Source of the DNA: Candidatus Saccharimonadota bacterium
GTDB lineage: Archaea; Nanohalarchaeota; Nanosalinia; Nanosalinales; Nanosalinaceae
NCBI GenBank assembly: GCA_001761425.1
Contig: CP012986.1
Span: 1,086,575 to 1,118,574 of the forward strand
DNA length: 32,000 nucleotides
Reading direction: 5' to 3'
The notes below the pieces were generated by a model, which saw only the letters and a program-made list of their open reading frames with translations, searched no databases and was not told the origin of the DNA. This document shows positions 29,122 through 32,000 of the stretch, in pieces; position 1 is the stretch's first letter; every line of letters starts with the position of its first letter. A program made the position numbers and the translations under genes.

Positions 29122-30099
29122 ATGTATTATATGGAAGAATTGGAAGTAACCCCATCCAGTGCGAAAAATATACTTTACGCTGATTCTGTCTATGATGTTG
29201 CTGAAGGAGCAGTAGATTCGCAGCCTGATCTAATCGAGGCAGATGATGAACCTTGGGTGTCAACTCCACGTAACTCTGACCTGCTTTACGGCGATGGTTC
29301 AAGTCCTGAAGAGGAGGTTCAACGAAGTTTGAGGGCTTCCTCCTTGATGCATGATCTTACAAATGAAATGATAGTGCAGGGCTATAGAAACGGTTTTGCG
29401 AACAATCCAGAAGGCCTCGAATTGATAATTGATAGTGCACTGGAATCAGAACATCCGAGCTCCGATTATATCAATATTAAGTCCAGGGAACTCAGAGATA
29501 AGCACGACATCGATTCTGAACATATTGATGAGTTAGAAGTCTGGGGTAGAACGATCGGAGGAGTGAAAAACGATCTTTCGGAGAATCTGCCCTACATCAA
29601 GAGAAGATTAAACGGGGATAATATGAGGCCTGAATCAGAAGATTTTGAATCAACTTACTTTGGAGATATTGAGTACAGGACTATGGCTGATCTGAGGTTC
29701 AGCGATAGACAGAAGAGCGAGGTAGCTGAAACCAAGATCAAATGGAGTCAAGACCCCGATATACCTGTTGAAGAAGATATATTTCAGGCTAGATTAACTG
29801 CTAAAATACAGGGAGCGCAGAAAGCCTACCTGATCTATGCAGGGCAGGGAGAAGTGTTCGAATACGCACCGTTAAGCGACAATGAAATCCAGGAGATAAA
29901 CAATATCTTAAAACCGCTGATAGAGGAGACCTCCGAAGTTGCGGGTTGGGACTCCCAAGTCGATGAAGTTGATTCGGAGTTAAAATCCCTACTCAGAGAC
30001 GAGCTGGACCAAATATTCTCAAAATACTGGAAAAATGAAATACTGGGAGAAGAATTAGATTTTAAACGCCACCAGAACAGCCTCAAGGCCTACAATTAG
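29122..30099 (+). CDS. Hypothetical acidic protein (about 325 aa), no recognisable domain
   Basis: ORF track (frame opens at 29077). First in-frame ATGs at 29122 and 29131. Protein-like composition. Confidence 0.55.
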   Translation: MYYMEELEVTPSSAKNILYADSVYDVAEGAVDSQPDLIEADDEPWVSTPRNSDLLYGDGSSPEEEVQRSLRASSLMHDLTNEMIVQGYRNGFANNPEGLELIIDSALESEHPSSDYINIKSRELRDKHDIDSEHIDELEVWGRTIGGVKNDLSENLPYIKRRLNGDNMRPESEDFESTYFGDIEYRTMADLRFSDRQKSEVAETKIKWSQDPDIPVEEDIFQARLTAKIQGAQKAYLIYAGQGEVFEYAPLSDNEIQEINNILKPLIEETSEVAGWDSQVDEVDSELKSLLRDELDQIFSKYWKNEILGEELDFKRHQNSLKAYN

Positions 30100-30120
30100 G
30101 GATAGAATTTCAGAAAATCG

Positions 30121-30136
30121 GTAAAAGGCCTTTTAC
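30121..30136. repeat. Perfect 16-bp palindrome GTAAAAGGCCTTTTAC downstream of gene 29122..30099
   Basis: Read directly. Centred on AAGGCCTT. Followed by T-rich sequence including T6 at about 30157-30162. Confidence 0.8.
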
Positions 30137-30237
30137 TTGTTTCTTAAGCTCTGGTTTTTTCTCGGTTCTAATATAGTTTAAGGAGTTTCTAATCAGTTAC
30201 CTTTGAAGTAAAAACTTGTTATCTGTAAGTATATTTT

Positions 30238-31458
30238 ATGTCACAGCTTGAGGATTCAAGAAAGATTCTTGAGGATGCGTTGGAAACTCTGGATAAACAG
30301 GATTTCTATGAGAGACTTGCTTTCCACGAAAGAACTTTGGAGACACACGTTACTGTTGAAAGAGATTCAGGGAGGGAAGAAGTGTTTAAGGCCTTTCGCA
30401 GCCAGCATTCGACGCTTCGAGGCCCTGGGAAAGGAGGCATAAGATTTTCAGAAGATGTTTCGGAAGAAGAGGTTAAGGCCTTGAGTCTGTGGATGACGTT
30501 GAAGACGGCTGTGGCCGACATTCCCTATGGAGGTGCGAAAGGCGGTGTAGTAGTTGATCCTTCAGGGCTTTCTGACTCTGAGGAAAAACGCTTATCCGAG
30601 GCCTATACAGATTCTATCAGCGAGTTTATAGGCCCTGACAGGGATGTTCCTGCGCCGGATATGAATACGGGTGCGAGGCATATGGCCTGGATGATGGATG
30701 AGTACTCAAGGATTGAAGGCAAAACTGTTCCAAGCGTGATAACAGGTAAACCTGTTGAGGCCTTTGGTTCGAAAGGAAGAGCTAAGGCGACAGGTTACGG
30801 CGCTGTATACATTGTAGAGAAGATCATCGAGGAGGAAGGCCTTGAATCCGAGGAGTTGACTGCTGCTGTCCAGGGCTTTGGTAATGCTGCGGAACCTGCT
30901 GTGAAGAGGCTGGAGGAGATCGGTGTGGATGTTATCGCAGTTTCTGACAGCGGTGGTGCGACGTTTGAATCCGATGGTTTCAGCCATGAACTGCTTACGG
31001 AATGTAAGAGAGATGCTGGTACTGTCTGCAAGACCGGTGAGAACATCTCCAATAAAGAGCTTCTTTCTCTGGACGTAGATTTTCTGTTACCTGCTGCGAT
31101 TCAGGAGGTTATCACGGAAGAAAATGCCGGTGACATCCAGGCAGATTACATTGTAGAGATCGCGAACGGTCCGACCACCCGAAAAGCCGATGAAATCCTG
31201 GAAAAAAGAGACGTTACCGTGATCCCTGATATACTGGCCAACTCCGGAGGCGTAACCGTCTCCTACTATGAATGGGTTCAGAACAGGAGCGGAGAGTACT
31301 GGGAGAAAGAGAAAGTCCTTGAAAAACTGAAGAAAAACATTCAGGAGGCCTACACACAGTTCACCGAAGTTAGGGAGAAACAGAAGGCCTACGGCAGAGA
31401 CACAGCCTACATAATCGCTGCAAGGAAACTTGTCAGTGCCCTGGAAGCAAGGGAGTGA
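30238..31458 (+). CDS. gdhA: Glutamate dehydrogenase (NAD(P)+)
   Basis: GPGKGGIRF, IPYGGAKGG, PDMNTG, GFGNA nucleotide-binding motif, ANGPTT, NSGGV.VSYYEW.QN. Confidence 0.95.
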   Translation: MSQLEDSRKILEDALETLDKQDFYERLAFHERTLETHVTVERDSGREEVFKAFRSQHSTLRGPGKGGIRFSEDVSEEEVKALSLWMTLKTAVADIPYGGAKGGVVVDPSGLSDSEEKRLSEAYTDSISEFIGPDRDVPAPDMNTGARHMAWMMDEYSRIEGKTVPSVITGKPVEAFGSKGRAKATGYGAVYIVEKIIEEEGLESEELTAAVQGFGNAAEPAVKRLEEIGVDVIAVSDSGGATFESDGFSHELLTECKRDAGTVCKTGENISNKELLSLDVDFLLPAAIQEVITEENAGDIQADYIVEIANGPTTRKADEILEKRDVTVIPDILANSGGVTVSYYEWVQNRSGEYWEKEKVLEKLKKNIQEAYTQFTEVREKQKAYGRDTAYIIAARKLVSALEARE

Positions 31459-31488
31459 AAGGCCTCTATTTTTCTCAGTTCCCTTCCG

Positions 31489-31497
31489 TATATAAAG
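31489..31497 (+). promoter_or_regulatory. rRNA promoter module P1: TATA box TATATAAAG
   Basis: Read directly. The repeated box ..GGATGCGGACAC follows about 27 nt downstream of the TATA centre. Confidence 0.5.
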
Positions 31498-31504
31498 TTT
31501 TGAG

Positions 31505-31527
31505 TTTGTTTCCCTGGATGCGGACAC
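31505..31527 (+). repeat. Direct repeat copy 1 (TTTGTTTCCCTGGATGCGGACAC) in the 16S leader
   Basis: Near-identical to 31598-31619 (TTTGTTTACCCGATGCGGAGAC). Both lie at the same offset from a TATA box. Confidence 0.7.
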
Positions 31528-31574
31528 ATGATTCAGTTGATTGTGTACCGTGCTTTGAGTCCCTTAACACATCC

Positions 31575-31583
31575 TTTATAAGG
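31575..31583 (+). promoter_or_regulatory. rRNA promoter module P2: TATA box TTTATAAGG
   Basis: Read directly. Followed by the second copy of the GATGCGGAGAC box. Confidence 0.45.
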
Positions 31584-31597
31584 TTTAACTGGGACTT

Positions 31598-31619
31598 TTT
31601 GTTTACCCGATGCGGAGAC
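31598..31619 (+). repeat. Direct repeat copy 2 in the 16S leader
   Basis: See 31505-31527. Confidence 0.7.
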
Positions 31620-31781
31620 GTTTGGGGTGAAAGCTCGCAAGAGCCTTGATGAGCGCATTATTATTTTTGCGTGATGTAGGAGAGATGGACCCATGCAAGA
31701 TACAGTTTTCGCTGTATCTGGCATACACATTTTGTAGCCATGCATCTGCGTTTTTTAGCGGAGATGCTTGGTTCACTTGAC

Positions 31782-31898
31782 TGGAAGGTTTCCATCTGTG
31801 GAACCTTCCAATAGCAACTCGCTTGTCGAGTTGCGTTGGAAAGTTTGGAACTTTCCGTTCAGATAAATACCCGTCAAGAACCCTCCAACTTGTTGGAG
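31782..31898 (+). other. Four consecutive hairpins in the 16S rRNA 5' leader
   Basis: H1 TGGAAGGTTTCCA/TGGAACCTTCCA (31782-31810, one bulge). H2 GCAACTCG/CGAGTTGC (31814-31834). H3 GGAAAGTT/AACTTTCC (31838-31856). H4 CTCCAA/TTGGAG (31883-31898). Confidence 0.7.
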
Positions 31899-31900
31899 CA

Positions 31901-32000
31901 ATTCCGGTTGATCCTGCCGGAGGCTACTGCTATCGGAGTCCGATTTAGCCATGCTAGTCCACCGAGTCTTTGACTCGGGGCGGATAGCTGAGTAACACGT
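31901..32000 (+). rRNA. rrs: 16S rRNA gene, 5' end (partial, runs off the window)
   Basis: ATTCCGGTTGATCCTGCCGGAGG...GATTTAGCCATGCTAGT...AGCTGAGTAACACGT is the canonical archaeal SSU 5' end. Confidence 0.9.

Noticed and set aside
29108-29149. 13-codon upstream ORF (MYSNVCIIWKNWK) overlapping the start of gene 29122..30099.
   Set aside because: Too short and unsupported. It is probably a chance ATG in an AT-rich leader.
31455-31745. ORFs 31455..31649 (+) and 31533..31745 (-) in the region upstream of the 16S gene.
   Set aside because: They lie in the rRNA promoter/leader region with duplicated TATA modules. Composition is not protein-like and no start-site signals are present.

Overview
Archaeal chromosomal segment. 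Anchors are the conserved archaeal rpl18e-rpl13-rps9-rpoN operon (4.3-5.9 kb), three tRNAs (Glu-UUC, Leu-GAG, His-GUG) and the 5' end of a 16S rRNA gene starting at 31901 (ATTCCGGTTGATCCTGCCGG). Predicted proteins are strongly acidic, and genes are short and tightly packed with many 4-8 nt start/stop overlaps. Together with the moderate-to-low GC, this suggests a small halophilic archaeon, possibly Nanohaloarchaeota-like (inference only). I call about 46 protein genes. They include a three-gene cell-surface protein operon, a succinyl-/citryl-CoA synthetase-like pair plus a stand-alone citryl-CoA-lyase-like gene, a lipoylation gene island, a PduO-type cobalamin adenosyltransferase, a DUF4430/ECF-S-like pair, a PhoU/AbrB regulator and glutamate dehydrogenase. 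I saw no CRISPR array, transposase, integrase or recognisable defence genes. Most unusual observations: (1) the palindromic hexamer AGGCCT occurs about 125 times (about one per 256 nt, roughly 15-20x expectation) in all codon phases, on both strands and in intergenic DNA, with a few AGGCCT-poor islands; (2) a box C/D sRNA candidate that falls in an intergenic gap of the ORF track, at 26834-26908; (3) a circularly permuted, membrane-anchored metallo-beta-lactamase-fold protein; (4) an ACL/citryl-CoA-type CoA-ligase operon interrupted by two paralogous HAD-like genes; (5) three BPL/LplA-family paralogues plus a separate LplB; (6) a repeated intercistronic hairpin in the r-protein operon and duplicated promoter modules with stacked hairpins in the 16S leader. 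All counts and coordinates come from manual reading and should be recomputed.
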